A DNA stretch of 64,000 nucleotides from Candidatus Gorgyraea atricola (GCA_030765235.1 JAVCCW010000018.1:25465-89464), one strand, 5' to 3'; positions 27,078 through 37,764 are shown, numbered from the stretch's first letter. Translations and numbers: made by a program. Notes: a model not told the origin generated them from the letters alone.

Positions 27078-29671
27078 TTTCCCTCCAATATTAGAATGGC
27101 GTACCTATCCAGGGTCAAAAATCTTTTTGCCACTCTCTTAATGTCCTCTTTTGTGACGATATCTATGTTTTTGTTGTAGTTCTTGTAATTATCATAGCCC
27201 AGCCCGTAAAGTTCATCCAGAGAAACCCCGAAGATAAAACTCGCGTTAGTCTGCATTTCTATCTGGCGCATTGCCTTTAGATGATTTTTAGACTTCTGTA
27301 TATCCTGTTCGGTGGCACCTTTTTTTACAAAACGAGCTGTTTCCCTGAGCATGATCTCCTTGACCTTATCGATATTTTTCTTTGAGGTAAGTGTATATAA
27401 AACTATATACCCCGGGTCTATGCCCAGGACATGAAACGCGCCAGTCGCATAAGAAAGTCCTTGTTTCCCTCTGATGCTTTTAAAGAGAATTCCTGACTGG
27501 CCGGAAAACATGTTCACCATGATCTCAAGGGCGAATCTATCTCTATTATAAATATCTGCGCCGCGGAAACCTACAAGCACTAAGGATTGCTCCTTGTCTG
27601 TCTCAACGAGCTGAGTCCTTTTTCTTCTTATTGGCGACTCTTTCTCAGGAGACCGAATTCTGCTGGTTCCAGACGTGATAGCTGAAAAGTATTGTTTTAC
27701 CAGTCCTTCTATCTCGCTAGTATTACAATCACCTGATATCCCGAGGACCATATTGTCTGCGGAAGTAATACCTCTATGAAGATCTACAAGGTCTTGCCTT
27801 TCTAACCTGGTTACGCTATCAATAGTACCTATAGCCTGGAAACCATAGGGGTGCGTCTTAAAAAGAAGCTTCTTTAATAATCTGTGGCCATGGTTAAAGA
27901 CTTGATTGTCCTGCATTTCTATTGCGGAAATAAGTTCTGTCTTTTCTCTTTTTAACTCATTTTCCGGAAAAGAAGGATTCATGCACAGCTCTGAGGTAAG
28001 GCTCAGCGCATCTTCAACGTGTTCCCTCAGGCATTTTACCAGGATACCTACGCTATTATTGCCAGAATACGCGCTGACAGCCATGCCCCTTGACTCATAA
28101 AATTTTACTATTTCCTCTCGAGGCATAGACGTGGTCCCGTCTATAAACATAGTGCTCGCGAGCCCTGAGACGCCATTATTCCCCTCTGTCTCGACCCTCA
28201 CACCAGCCTTAAAAAGCAGAGAAATAGCTACTATTGGCAGTGTATGATCCTCGGAGATCAGAACAGGTAATTTATTTTCAAGGGTTATTTTCTTTATCTG
28301 CCTCTGTGTCTTCTGCAAACTATCTTCGGATTCAGATGCAAGCGCGTTCCCAGAGCCACTTATAATAGCTATAGTCATATTGTCCTTGGTCAAATACCTT
28401 TTAGCTGTCTGCTGTATTTCTTCCCGTGTTACTGCCTTGATACGCTCTATATAGAATTCAAAAAACTTAGGGTTCCCGGTAAGAAGTTCTGCTATGGCAA
28501 AGTCATTTGCCTGAGATTCTATGGTCTCTTTTTGGTAGATATATCCTGCGAGAAAATTATTCTTTGCCTTTAGAAGATCCTCGTCGCTCACGCCATTTTC
28601 TTTTACATCGTTTATGACCTTTAGTATCTCATCTATGGCATTTTCTGTTGCTTCTTCTTTTAGCACACTTGATACAACAAAAAGGCCTGGGTCTTTTGGC
28701 GTGTAATTATATGCGGTAATGGCAAGTACCAGCGACTGTTTTATCCTTAATTCCTCATTCAAGATCGAGCCCTCGCCATCTCCAAGAATAAAAGATAAAA
28801 GATCCATGGCATGCAGGTCATTATCCAGGAGTGATGTGGAATGAAACGCGATATTTAGATACGCCCCATCAATATCCAGGGACTCTTCGGAAATATTCTG
28901 CGCTATTTGCTGGGGCTCTTCAGGAAGGACAGTGGATCTATTTTTGCCTCTTGGGATGCCTCCAAAAAGATGCTCTATCTCCTTCAAAGTCTCTTCCTTT
29001 TCAATGTCACCGACAACTGCTATCACGATGTTCTCAGGCGTATAGTTGGTATTGAAAAAGTCGATGAGGTCATCTCTTCCTAACCTTCTAAAATTCTCCT
29101 TATAACCGATGACAGGTATTTTATAAGGATGGGTGATATATGCGCTGGAAAAGGTCAGCCTGGAGACCCGACGGCCAGGGTCATCCTTGCCAAGGTCCAT
29201 CTCCCTTTCTATAACAGCCATTTCTTTCTTTAATTCCTTTTTGTCAAAGCTAGGTACGGTCAACATCTCTTTTAGTATGTCCAGGGCAATGTCTTTGTGT
29301 TCCTTGAGGATGGTTATCCTGTAGCCCGTATAGTCATAGGAGGTAAAGCCATCTATACTTCCTCCATATTGATGTAATGTATTCTCTATAGTGCCAGTGG
29401 GATATTTGGCAGTGCCCTTGAAAAGCATATGCTCTGTCAAATGGCTTATACCACTGCCAAGGTATTCTCCTTCCCAAGCTGAGCCAACGTCCACAAAAAC
29501 AGAAAAGACCACAATAGGATTTCTGTGGTCTTCTTTAATAATGACCCTTAACCCGTTCTCAAGGGCCTTGGTGTCCTGGGCGCATACGCGAGACGCGCTA
29601 AAAATAAAAAATGCCAAGGTGATTATTTTGGCAATGCTTACCCTGTTACAAATATTTGATGAGTGTCGCAT
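27074..29671 (-). CDS. Peptidase M16 (insulinase/pitrilysin) family zinc protease, tandem-domain, secreted
   Basis: HLTEHMLFKGT HxxEH motif; 860-870 aa; signal peptide; the start could also be at 29692. Confidence 0.85.
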   Translation of the reverse strand: MRHSSNICNRVSIAKIITLAFFIFSASRVCAQDTKALENGLRVIIKEDHRNPIVVFSVFVDVGSAWEGEYLGSGISHLTEHMLFKGTAKYPTGTIENTLHQYGGSIDGFTSYDYTGYRITILKEHKDIALDILKEMLTVPSFDKKELKKEMAVIEREMDLGKDDPGRRVSRLTFSSAYITHPYKIPVIGYKENFRRLGRDDLIDFFNTNYTPENIVIAVVGDIEKEETLKEIEHLFGGIPRGKNRSTVLPEEPQQIAQNISEESLDIDGAYLNIAFHSTSLLDNDLHAMDLLSFILGDGEGSILNEELRIKQSLVLAITAYNYTPKDPGLFVVSSVLKEEATENAIDEILKVINDVKENGVSDEDLLKAKNNFLAGYIYQKETIESQANDFAIAELLTGNPKFFEFYIERIKAVTREEIQQTAKRYLTKDNMTIAIISGSGNALASESEDSLQKTQRQIKKITLENKLPVLISEDHTLPIVAISLLFKAGVRVETEGNNGVSGLASTMFIDGTTSMPREEIVKFYESRGMAVSAYSGNNSVGILVKCLREHVEDALSLTSELCMNPSFPENELKREKTELISAIEMQDNQVFNHGHRLLKKLLFKTHPYGFQAIGTIDSVTRLERQDLVDLHRGITSADNMVLGISGDCNTSEIEGLVKQYFSAITSGTSRIRSPEKESPIRRKRTQLVETDKEQSLVLVGFRGADIYNRDRFALEIMVNMFSGQSGILFKSIRGKQGLSYATGAFHVLGIDPGYIVLYTLTSKKNIDKVKEIMLRETARFVKKGATEQDIQKSKNHLKAMRQIEMQTNASFIFGVSLDELYGLGYDNYKNYNKNIDIVTKEDIKRVAKRFLTLDRYAILILEGK

Positions 29672-29714
29672 GAACCTTCCTTTGCCTCTCATTATAGCTA
29701 TTATGTAACAGGGC

Positions 29715-29894
29715 CTATCTTGGTCTTTGTGATGTCTTGGCTGCTCTTAGTCTTTTCCTCTTTTTCTCGCTTGGTTTTTCGTAATGTTTACGCGCCTTTA
29801 GCTGTTTTAGAATGCCTTCGCGCTCTATCTTCTTCTTGAAACGCCTGAGCGCCCTTTCCAAGGGTTCACCTTGCCCTACCTCTATTCTCGACAT
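29715..29894 (-). CDS. rpsU: 30S ribosomal protein S21
   Basis: Manual translation MSRIEVGQGEPLERALRRFKKKIEREGILKQLKARKHYEKPSEKKRKRLRAAKTSQRPR; under 60 aa, so absent from the ORF track. Confidence 0.85.
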   Translation of the reverse strand: MSRIEVGQGEPLERALRRFKKKIEREGILKQLKARKHYEKPSEKKRKRLRAAKTSQRPR

Positions 29895-29980
29895 TTATCC
29901 TCACCTCTTTTCCAAGTTTTAGCCTGTATTCTATCCAAAAACCCCTACCCTGTCAAGGACATTCCCTAAACAAGTCTTAT

Positions 29981-30016
29981 CTTCTGTAGGCCAGGTTTAA
30001 ACCTGGCCTACAGAAG
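29981..30016. repeat. Palindrome family G copy 2
   Basis: ttctgtaggccaggtttaaacctggcctacagaagg. Confidence 0.85.
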
Positions 30017-30026
30017 GAGGATAAGC

Positions 30027-30173
30027 TTATTTTTCAGGGTCTTTCATCTCTTTTTTAAATGCCTTTATGCCTTTTCCCAGATTTCTGGCGATCTCTGGAA
30101 GCTTTGCTGCCCCGAAGATTAAAAGGCATATTACGAGAATTACGATAAGTTCCGGCATGCCTATACCAAACAT
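30027..30173 (-). CDS. tatA: Twin-arginine translocase subunit TatA/E
   Basis: Manual translation [48 protein letters not shown], 48 aa. Confidence 0.85.
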   Translation of the reverse strand: MFGIGMPELIVILVICLLIFGAAKLPEIARNLGKGIKAFKKEMKDPEK

Positions 30174-30186
30174 AATGACCTCCGTC

Positions 30187-31299
30187 TTATTTAATCTTGC
30201 TTAGTATCTTTTCTATATCCACGTACTCTTCCACTAATCTCTCAGCTGTCTTTGTCTTTTCTTTGTCATCTGGTCGTATCTTTATGGCGAGATCATGTAT
30301 TTCGGCAGCTGTGGCATAAGTATGTTTCTTGCTCATGAGAACTGGTATCTTTGCCTCTTCTATAAGCGTTGTGATCTTCTTATCAGGCACTATCCCACCT
30401 GTAAGCACTATGCCTGCGATAGAGACGTTCCTTTTTGGCCTTTTCAGGAGGTGCGCGCTGAGTAACGTCATCAGTATGTCCTCTCTGTCACCAGGCGTTA
30501 TTAGAAGTGAGCCATTTTCAATATAATCCAGTGCCGCGTGCGGCTGCATCGCGCCTACCAGGATATTTTGGACTTTATTGTGCATGCCGACCTTTTTTGA
30601 AATGAGCTTAATGCCTGTCTCTTCCATGATATGCTTTATCGTGGGTCTGGACAATGAGGATGTGTATGGTATAACACCCAGCACATCGATCCCTCTTTTT
30701 CCAAGGCCAATCTTTACTATTCTTTTTACCTTTTTATACTTAGACGGTAGAACCTTGTTTACGATAACACCTATGACATCAACGCCTTCCTTTTCAAATA
30801 AGGCCATGTTTAGCTCTATCTCATCAATCGGCCTTCCTATCCCGCCTGCTGTTACAAGTATCACCTTTGCGCCTAAAAGATTTGCCACCCTTGCGTTCGA
30901 GAGGTCAAAGACAGAACCTACGCCAGCATGACCTGTGCCTTCGATGACAACAAGCTCTTTTTTCTTTGATACGCGTTCGAATGAGTCGATTATGTTGCTG
31001 ACCAGTTTTTCATGGCCGCCTTTTTTTATATATTTTTCCGTAAAGCCCTTTTCAATGGCTATGGGGCTCATGTCTTTTAAGCGACATTTTGTGCCGCACA
31101 CCTTTTCGATCAGCACAGAATCTTCGTCAGCCTTAAACCCGTCTTCAATAACATATCTCTGACCAACAGGTTTTATAAAACCAACACTCCTGAATCTTTT
31201 CTTAAACGCGTTTATAAGTCCCAGGGATATCGTGGTCTTACCGTCATTCTGCTTTGTAGCGGCTATAAATATCTTACCTTTTGTCATTTCTTCTCCCAC
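30187..31299 (-). CDS. P-loop NTPase (CobQ/MinD-like) with C-terminal DRTGG domain (phosphotransacetylase N-terminal-domain-like)
   Basis: [10 protein letters not shown]-loop; ITPGDREDI. Confidence 0.6.
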   Translation of the reverse strand: MGEEMTKGKIFIAATKQNDGKTTISLGLINAFKKRFRSVGFIKPVGQRYVIEDGFKADEDSVLIEKVCGTKCRLKDMSPIAIEKGFTEKYIKKGGHEKLVSNIIDSFERVSKKKELVVIEGTGHAGVGSVFDLSNARVANLLGAKVILVTAGGIGRPIDEIELNMALFEKEGVDVIGVIVNKVLPSKYKKVKRIVKIGLGKRGIDVLGVIPYTSSLSRPTIKHIMEETGIKLISKKVGMHNKVQNILVGAMQPHAALDYIENGSLLITPGDREDILMTLLSAHLLKRPKRNVSIAGIVLTGGIVPDKKITTLIEEAKIPVLMSKKHTYATAAEIHDLAIKIRPDDKEKTKTAERLVEEYVDIEKILSKIK

Positions 31300-32570
31300 C
31301 TCAATAGCTCTATTACTTTTGCCAGGGTACTGCCTTCGTCTATTTCTTTTCTTACGCGATTTTCCATTTCAAGGACATTCATGGCCCTATTTGCTATTTC
31401 CAATGCCTTTTGTGCCGGGATTACGACCACGCCATCGTCATCGCCTACTATATAATCTTCACTAAAGACCTTTGTGTCGCTGATGTTAACAGGTATGCCA
31501 ATTTCTCCAAAACCTTTTGGCTCTCCGGCAGATGGCGAAGCGAGCTTACTAAACGCGGGAAAGCCAAGTTTTCTTATCTCTCCTACATCCCTTATCGCTC
31601 CGTCAATAACAACACCTGCTATTTTTTTCTGCATAGCGCCATGCGTTGCCAGCTCCCCCCATACAGCAGGTCCGACTCCACCAGCATCGATCACAATGAC
31701 CTGGCCAGGCTCTGCAATGTCAATGGCCTCGACTGTCTTTGCCCAGTCACCAGGATATGTCCTGACTGTAAGAGCTCTTCCGAACATCTTTACGTCTGGC
31801 GTAATTGCTTTTAAAAACTTTAGGTCTCCTGTGCGGTGCATCGCATCTGAAATATTTGCAGTCGAGACCTTAGCCAGGACCTTTTCTATATCTTTTTCAG
31901 AGACTCGCTTGAATAATTCTGTTTTGACCTTTTTCATTGTCTGTAGTGATTTTTTTATATCAGCTGTGGCCTTTTTTGCGTTTTTAGATTTATTGATAGC
32001 TCCTCCGACTACGACTATAGACGCGCCTGATTTTACTGCTAAAGGTGCTGTTTCAGAATTTATGCCACCCGCAACAGCTATTTGCGTATTTATCTTTTTT
32101 GAGATCTTCTTAAGCTGACTAAACGGGTCTTTTGCCTTCATCTGGTCATCAATGGCGCAGTGGATCCCGATGTAGTCTACGCCGAGCGCCTCTATCTCTT
32201 TTGCTCTTTTTTCAGGGTCTTTTATTGCAATCAGGTCTGCCTGGATCTTTGCGCCATAATTATGCGCTGCCTCAACGCATTCTTTTATGGTCGAGTCGCT
32301 GGCAGCGCCGAGCACACATACTATGTTCGCGCCTGCCTTTGCCGCGATCTCCACTTCTGTGCGGCCAGCATCCATTATCTTCATGTCAGCCACTATGATC
32401 TTTTTCGGAAATTTCTCGCGCAGCTTGCGGACAGCATTTAATCCTTCGCTCTTTATCAGAGGCGTGCCTGCCTCTATCCAATCTACGCCACCTGCTACAG
32501 CCTCTTCAGCGCATTTCATGGCGCGGGAAAGATTAACAAAATCTAATGCGACCTGTAATATCGGTTTCAT
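31284..32570 (-). CDS. Fusion protein: 3-hexulose-6-phosphate synthase (OMPDC family) + RraA/MenG-like aldolase domain
   Basis: N-terminal ILQVALDFVNL...IEAGTPLIK...VADMKIMDAG; C-terminal GQVIVIDAGGVGPAVWGELATHGA...VIDGAIRD. Confidence 0.8.
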   Translation of the reverse strand: MKPILQVALDFVNLSRAMKCAEEAVAGGVDWIEAGTPLIKSEGLNAVRKLREKFPKKIIVADMKIMDAGRTEVEIAAKAGANIVCVLGAASDSTIKECVEAAHNYGAKIQADLIAIKDPEKRAKEIEALGVDYIGIHCAIDDQMKAKDPFSQLKKISKKINTQIAVAGGINSETAPLAVKSGASIVVVGGAINKSKNAKKATADIKKSLQTMKKVKTELFKRVSEKDIEKVLAKVSTANISDAMHRTGDLKFLKAITPDVKMFGRALTVRTYPGDWAKTVEAIDIAEPGQVIVIDAGGVGPAVWGELATHGAMQKKIAGVVIDGAIRDVGEIRKLGFPAFSKLASPSAGEPKGFGEIGIPVNISDTKVFSEDYIVGDDDGVVVIPAQKALEIANRAMNVLEMENRVRKEIDEGSTLAKVIELLRWEKK

Positions 32571-32585
32571 TTATTCTCCTAGGAA

Positions 32586-32632
32586 GGAGGCGAAACCTCC
32601 GCACATCAATGATGTGCGGAGGTTTCGCCTCC
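32586..32632. repeat. 47-bp perfect palindrome (GGAGGCGAAACCTCCGCACATCAATGATGTGCGGAGGTTTCGCCTCC)
   Basis: Nested hairpin; sits between the HPS fusion start and the yjbQ stop. Confidence 0.85.
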
Positions 32633-32637
32633 TTCGT

Positions 32638-33057
32638 CTATTCACCCATTATTTGAACCAATAATTCACGCGAACGTGGTCTATTGTCAAAATCTATGAA
32701 TATGATCTGTTGCCACGTGCCAAGCTGCATCTGGCCATTGACAAAAGGAACTGAGATACTGGGACCTAGAAACGATGCCCTTACGTGCGCATAGCCATTT
32801 CCATCATGCCATCTCACGTTGTGTTCGTAGTGGCTGGATTTCGGCGCTATTTTTTCAAAATAATCTTTAAGGTCTTGCACTAACCCTGGTTCGTATTCCA
32901 CTGTAGTAAGTCCGCCTGTTGAACCAGACACAAATACAGTAACAATGCCAGAGCCTAATTTGGACTTAGATAGGGCACTGGCCACTTGAGCAGTTATGTC
33001 AATAATATCCGTGTCACCTTTAGTGCTAAGTTTTATCTTTTTAGTAACGACTGACAT
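32638..33057 (-). CDS. YjbQ/UPF0047 family (secondary thiamine-phosphate synthase enzyme family)
   Basis: 139 aa with the family-typical length and HVRASFLGPS motif. Confidence 0.8.
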   Translation of the reverse strand: MSVVTKKIKLSTKGDTDIIDITAQVASALSKSKLGSGIVTVFVSGSTGGLTTVEYEPGLVQDLKDYFEKIAPKSSHYEHNVRWHDGNGYAHVRASFLGPSISVPFVNGQMQLGTWQQIIFIDFDNRPRSRELLVQIMGE

Positions 33058-33070
33058 GTTTTACCCTGTC

Positions 33071-33108
33071 TGACCTCGTAGGTCGGATTTAAATCCGACC
33101 TACGAGGT
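33071..33108. repeat. Palindrome (CCTCGTAGGTCGGATTTAAATCCGACCTACGAGG)
   Basis: Perfect palindrome centred on ATTTAAAT; the same theme as family G. Confidence 0.8.
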
Positions 33109-33116
33109 CTAATAAT

Positions 33117-33911
33117 TTATTTCTTCCTATATGCGTTGAGGAATGAGTCGCAGTAGAGCTGCTTTTCCATGAGTAGCTCTGCTGTTATCGCAGCGTCTAC
33201 TAGTTCTTTGTCTGTGGCGTCCATGATAGCTGCGTCAAGGCCGTTGGCTATTGCCATTGCTAGAAATGTCCTGTTAATGATGCTTTTACATTGAGAAGGC
33301 GCGCCCTGTGAAACATTGGAAAGGCCAAGTATGGTCTTTGGCGCGGGATCTGCGAGCATCTTTGACTCTCGTATAGTCCTTAGCACCTCTTTTGCATGCA
33401 CCTGCGCAACGTTTACAGGGAGTATCACAGCATCCAGGTATAGATCTGACAGGTTAATGCCATGCTCCATGGCAGATGCTACGATCTTCATGCCGAGCTC
33501 GAGCCTGCCTTCGGTATCCTTTGGTATGCCTGCTTTGTCCATGGTCAAGCCTATGACTGAGGCATTGTATTTTTTTGCTAGAGTAAACAGCGAATCCATT
33601 TTATCCTGGTTGGCGTTTACGGAATTTATTATGGGTTTTGATTTACATGCTGATAGACCGGCTTCCATTACATCTTTTTTTGTTGTATCAATCGCAAGTG
33701 GCGCATCGCTGACTTCGGTAATGGTTTTTACAAGCCACTCCATTGCCTCTTTTGGGTTGTCTGATGATGGGCCAACATTTACATCAAGCGCGCTTGCGCC
33801 AGCTGAAGTCTGCTTTTTCGCAAGGTCCTGTATTACAGATTTATCTTTTTTCTGTATTGCCTGCGCCACATCCTTAAACATCCCGTTGATTCGCTCACCG
33901 ATAATAAACAT
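33117..33911 (-). CDS. acsE: Methyltetrahydrofolate:corrinoid/iron-sulfur protein methyltransferase (pterin-binding)
   Basis: MFIIGERINGMFK...; Wood-Ljungdahl context with acsD, cooC and RACo. Confidence 0.85.
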   Translation of the reverse strand: MFIIGERINGMFKDVAQAIQKKDKSVIQDLAKKQTSAGASALDVNVGPSSDNPKEAMEWLVKTITEVSDAPLAIDTTKKDVMEAGLSACKSKPIINSVNANQDKMDSLFTLAKKYNASVIGLTMDKAGIPKDTEGRLELGMKIVASAMEHGINLSDLYLDAVILPVNVAQVHAKEVLRTIRESKMLADPAPKTILGLSNVSQGAPSQCKSIINRTFLAMAIANGLDAAIMDATDKELVDAAITAELLMEKQLYCDSFLNAYRKK

Positions 33912-33925
33912 GTTAAGCTCCTGTG

Positions 33926-34010
33926 TTCTGTGTAATGTGTAAGGTGTAAGGTGTAATGTAACCGGGATAGCTTGGTACATTACACATTAAACATTACACC
34001 TTACACAAGT
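33926..34010. repeat. Hairpin repeat family C (GGTGTAA heptamer units, inverted)
   Basis: tgtgtaatgtgtaaggtgtaaggtgtaatgta...tacattacacattaaacattacaccttacaca. Confidence 0.75.
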
Positions 34011-34947
34011 CCTGTATGATCTTTTTAGTCTCCTCAACCGCCCGAGGATGGTTCATGACAAGGATGTCTGAACCTGCATTGAGATACGCTACAGCAGTGG
34101 CTGTCTCATACAATGCACCCCTGTCTTTGCTAGGTCCCCAGTCTTTCGCAGCCTCGTCGCCAGTCTTTGCCTCTTTAGTACGCCAGACCTCTTGCCCCAC
34201 AAAATTTATGAGAGGCATTGAAAGCATCTTGTCGCCTGATAGACCAGCAAGCCGCGTCCTTTCCATTATTGAATAAGTGTATTCCAGGCCATAGCCCAGC
34301 GCGCCTGTTGCGTGATGAATCACTATTTTATCCTGCGGGAATTGCATATCGCAGATAAGTATGTTCAGCTGCTTTGCAATATTTATGTCAATCGGTGCCT
34401 CAGAAATAATAGCATGACCTCCGCTCAAGCACGCTGCGGTCAGGGTCTTGTAATTTTCCTGTGTCGCAATACCAAAAAGACAGTTTTTGCCTTTTGCAAC
34501 ATCTGTGCAATGTACCATTACGTCGCTATCCTTTTGTGCAGTCCCGCTGCCTATTACAATAAGCGGCACATCCACAGCCTTTAAGATGTTTTCCAGTGTC
34601 TTGCCGGCATCTTGCCCAGAGGCGTTTTTCGTATCCGGGTGCGCGCTTGCAAGGCGAAGACATATCAAATCTGCTGAGAATTTCTCTACACAGAGCTTTG
34701 CCCATGCAACTGGATCCTTTAACGCAGCGCCGAAATTAGCCTTTAAGTCCTCTGGCCACTCAGGCGGCTCCATATCCCACACCTCCATTGCCACCTTAGG
34801 GGAATTCGGACATTTATCCTCACCTTTTATGAAAAATATACCCGTCTCCCCACCAACAGTAACCCTTGTCCCTTGTCCCTTGTCACTTGTCACTCCCAGC
34901 GCAACCTCACTTATTGTGTCCTGCCATTTTTCAATTACCCTGTCCAT
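33994..34947 (-). CDS. acsD: Corrinoid iron-sulfur protein small subunit (AcsD/CdhD)
   Basis: TIM-barrel protein of about 317 aa; N-terminus carries the in-frame heptamer-encoded segment TSDKGQGTRV. Confidence 0.8.
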   Translation of the reverse strand: MDRVIEKWQDTISEVALGVTSDKGQGTRVTVGGETGIFFIKGEDKCPNSPKVAMEVWDMEPPEWPEDLKANFGAALKDPVAWAKLCVEKFSADLICLRLASAHPDTKNASGQDAGKTLENILKAVDVPLIVIGSGTAQKDSDVMVHCTDVAKGKNCLFGIATQENYKTLTAACLSGGHAIISEAPIDINIAKQLNILICDMQFPQDKIVIHHATGALGYGLEYTYSIMERTRLAGLSGDKMLSMPLINFVGQEVWRTKEAKTGDEAAKDWGPSKDRGALYETATAVAYLNAGSDILVMNHPRAVEETKKIIQDLCKV

Positions 34948-35657
34948 ACTGTCTCCTTAAGTTCAAATTCTATTGTCTCTGGTATTTTTTCACCTGTCTC
35001 ACTTATTTTTTGTATCTCTTCCTGAAAAGGAATATGACATTCTACAGTTAAGCCAGAATTATTTATTAGTTCCTGACTTTTCTTCTCAATAGTCCCTTTT
35101 GACTTATTTATAATGAGCGAGGCGCTTTTTACCTTTAGGCCAGCCTTTTTTGCAGTTTCGAATGCGTTTATAGCTGATCGTACACCAACTGCGGTTGTGT
35201 CGCTGACCAATAAAAGCTTATCTACGCGATCTGCTGTACGCCGGCTAAGGTGTTCCATGCCAGCTTCGTTGTCTATCACGATATATTTATAATTCTTACC
35301 GAGTTTTGACAGGTATTCTCTCAGGATATTGTTTATGGCGCAATAACAGCCAGGCCCTTCTGGTCTTCCCATAACAAGAAGGTCTATGCCTTCTCCTTCT
35401 GTAATTATCTCCTCCAGCCTCATGTTGAAAAGATCACTTTTGGAAAAACTTGCTGAAGAAGATTTTTTTGCCTCTTCGCGTATATCTGAAATGGTCTCGT
35501 TATATTCAAGTCCTAACGCTACATTGAGATTGGCATTCGGGTCAGCGTCAATTGCCAGTATTGGCCTATCTATTTTCAGAAGGCGCCTGATTAGTAACGC
35601 GCTAACTGTAGTCTTGCCAACCCCGCCTTTTCCAGCAATAGCTATTATGTATGGCAT
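34935..35657 (-). CDS. cooC: CO dehydrogenase maturation ATPase CooC/AcsF
   Basis: IAIAGKGGVGKTTVSA...AIDADPNANL. Confidence 0.9.
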   Translation of the reverse strand: MPYIIAIAGKGGVGKTTVSALLIRRLLKIDRPILAIDADPNANLNVALGLEYNETISDIREEAKKSSSASFSKSDLFNMRLEEIITEGEGIDLLVMGRPEGPGCYCAINNILREYLSKLGKNYKYIVIDNEAGMEHLSRRTADRVDKLLLVSDTTAVGVRSAINAFETAKKAGLKVKSASLIINKSKGTIEKKSQELINNSGLTVECHIPFQEEIQKISETGEKIPETIEFELKETVWTG

Positions 35658-35668
35658 TTGATATATTT

Positions 35669-35800
35669 TGTTGTGTGTTGTGAGGGTGAGTTATGGGTTG
35701 TGGGTCGAGTTGTGGGTTGTGAGTAGTGAGTTAAAACCCACAACTCATCCACACAACCCGACTCACAACTCACAACACACCCCCACCCTCACAACTCACA
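35669..35800. repeat. Hairpin repeat family B copy 1 (GGTTGTG/CACAACC heptamer-like units)
   Basis: ttgtgtgttgtgagggtgagttatgggttgtgggtcgagttgtgggttgtgag...cccacaactcatccacacaacccgactcacaactcacaacacacccccaccctcacaactcaca. Confidence 0.8.
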
Positions 35801-37706
35801 GCAGCCACTTTTTCACCGACGGGAACAGCTCTATGTCCGTGTGCGGCAAAAATAGCGCTGCGCTGTAATTATTCATAAAAGATGAATTCACGCTTAAGTC
35901 AAGGTATGTCATTTTATCAGCGATCAAATGAGCCTTATCCATTGCCTCGCTTGAAAGGATCGCCATCTTTGCCCCTGTTATCGAAGTATTGCCCAGAAAT
36001 TCAAATTTTGACTCTGGAAAATCTGGCAAGAGCCCAATGTTTATGGCTGAGCGTATGTCCAGTGCTGTACCAAGGCCGCCTGCAATAAATACGTGCTTTA
36101 AGTCAGACTTTTTATAGCCTGATTCTTTTAAAAGTACCTCGATGCCAGTATAGATGGCACCTTTTGAATGGATGATATTTTTGATATCGTTCTCATCGAT
36201 AATTATCTTGCCCGTGAGGACTACGGCCTTTACGCCATTCACCTCTTTTACCTTGCAGATCTTGTTGTCATTGATCCTGCCAGAGCGATCAATGATCCCG
36301 TGTTTTAGAAGCGCGCTAAGACAGCTTATTATTCCAGAACCACATATGCCTTTTGCAGGCGCATTGCCTATGGTCTTTACGCAGAGTTTGTTTTTCTTTA
36401 TGGATACATCTTCGATCGCGCCTTTCATTGCCCTGATACCTGAGGACAGGCCGCCGCCTTCAAAGCATGGGCCAGCAGATGTGGAACATGCCATGTAGTA
36501 TTCTTTGTTGCCCACAACCACTTCACCGTTTGTGCCCAGGTCAATAAAAAGCGACAGGTCTTTACTGCTATCCATGCCAGATGCCAAGACACCACTTATA
36601 ATGTCTCCGCCCACATAACTGCCTATTGAAGGCAGGCACGATAAAAGGCCGCGTGGATTTATTTTTATACCTGCTTCCGCGGCACGGATAACTGGCATAA
36701 AGTTTACAGCTGGTATATAGGGGTCTTTTCTTATGTATTCAGGATCTATCTTTAAGAGAAGATGCGTCATTGTTGTATTGCCTGCGCACATTACTGCTGT
36801 GATGTCATCGAGTGTTAGGCCGCGCTCCTTTGCCAGGTTATATACGAGCATGTTTACAGTATCTATTACTGCGTGGTGGAGTTTTTCAAGGCCTCGCCCT
36901 TCTTTTGCGTATACAATTCTTGAGATTACATCTTCGCCAAAATCGACCTGTGGGTTATAGCTTGCCTTTGCAGCCAGGACTTGTTGGGATTTTAGATCAA
37001 TGAGGTACGCGACTATGGTAGTGGTGCCGATATCAAGCGCTACGCCGAGATTTTTCGCTGAGCGACTGCCTGGCTCAACAAGCACTATTTCTGTGGTGCC
37101 GTTTCTGTTGCCAAGGGTTACTGTGACTTCCCAGTTACTTTCTCTTAGTAGTCGCGGGAGTTTTTTTATGTTTGCGAGTCCCATCTGCATGACAGGGATA
37201 TTTTTATCCTTTCGTATCTCTCTGAATAAGCGCTCTACATCGCCGCAATTATCATCAATGGAGGGTGGCGGGAGCTTTAGAGATAGTTTTGTGGAAAGCG
37301 GGCCATGCTTGAATACCTTTGCCCTTGTCTTGTGGTGCTCTTCTTCTATTTTTTCAGCTGGCGTATATAGGCCTGCGAGCCGCTTTGTCTTTGTCTCTTC
37401 TGTAAGCACCTCTATGTCGCCTAATCTTGATTCCTCAGGGATCAGGACTTCCAGATCAGACTGGGGTATGGTCCTGCAGGCAAGCACATAGCCTTTCTTG
37501 CGTTCTTTCTCGGAAATTCTACCGCTATATTCAGTATCATACTTACCTTTTTTAACAATAACCTTGCACCTACCGCACACACCCTCTCCCCCACAGCTAT
37601 TATATATATGTATCCCAGCTTTAATAGATGCAGTAAGTAGATCCGTGCCCTTATCTACACTAATAGCCTTCTTCTCAGGCAGAAATGTAATCTTAATATC
37701 CTTCAT
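35796..37706 (-). CDS. Reductive activator of corrinoid protein (RACo/AcsV): N-terminal 2Fe-2S ferredoxin + ASKHA ATPase
   Basis: CGGEGVCGRCK ferredoxin motif; 636 aa. Confidence 0.85.
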   Translation of the reverse strand: MKDIKITFLPEKKAISVDKGTDLLTASIKAGIHIYNSCGGEGVCGRCKVIVKKGKYDTEYSGRISEKERKKGYVLACRTIPQSDLEVLIPEESRLGDIEVLTEETKTKRLAGLYTPAEKIEEEHHKTRAKVFKHGPLSTKLSLKLPPPSIDDNCGDVERLFREIRKDKNIPVMQMGLANIKKLPRLLRESNWEVTVTLGNRNGTTEIVLVEPGSRSAKNLGVALDIGTTTIVAYLIDLKSQQVLAAKASYNPQVDFGEDVISRIVYAKEGRGLEKLHHAVIDTVNMLVYNLAKERGLTLDDITAVMCAGNTTMTHLLLKIDPEYIRKDPYIPAVNFMPVIRAAEAGIKINPRGLLSCLPSIGSYVGGDIISGVLASGMDSSKDLSLFIDLGTNGEVVVGNKEYYMACSTSAGPCFEGGGLSSGIRAMKGAIEDVSIKKNKLCVKTIGNAPAKGICGSGIISCLSALLKHGIIDRSGRINDNKICKVKEVNGVKAVVLTGKIIIDENDIKNIIHSKGAIYTGIEVLLKESGYKKSDLKHVFIAGGLGTALDIRSAINIGLLPDFPESKFEFLGNTSITGAKMAILSSEAMDKAHLIADKMTYLDLSVNSSFMNNYSAALFLPHTDIELFPSVKKWLL

Positions 37707-37764
37707 AATAGCTATGATTTTAACACGCGGGTTGGGCGATGGTCAAGGGAAATGAGGTTGGCGT

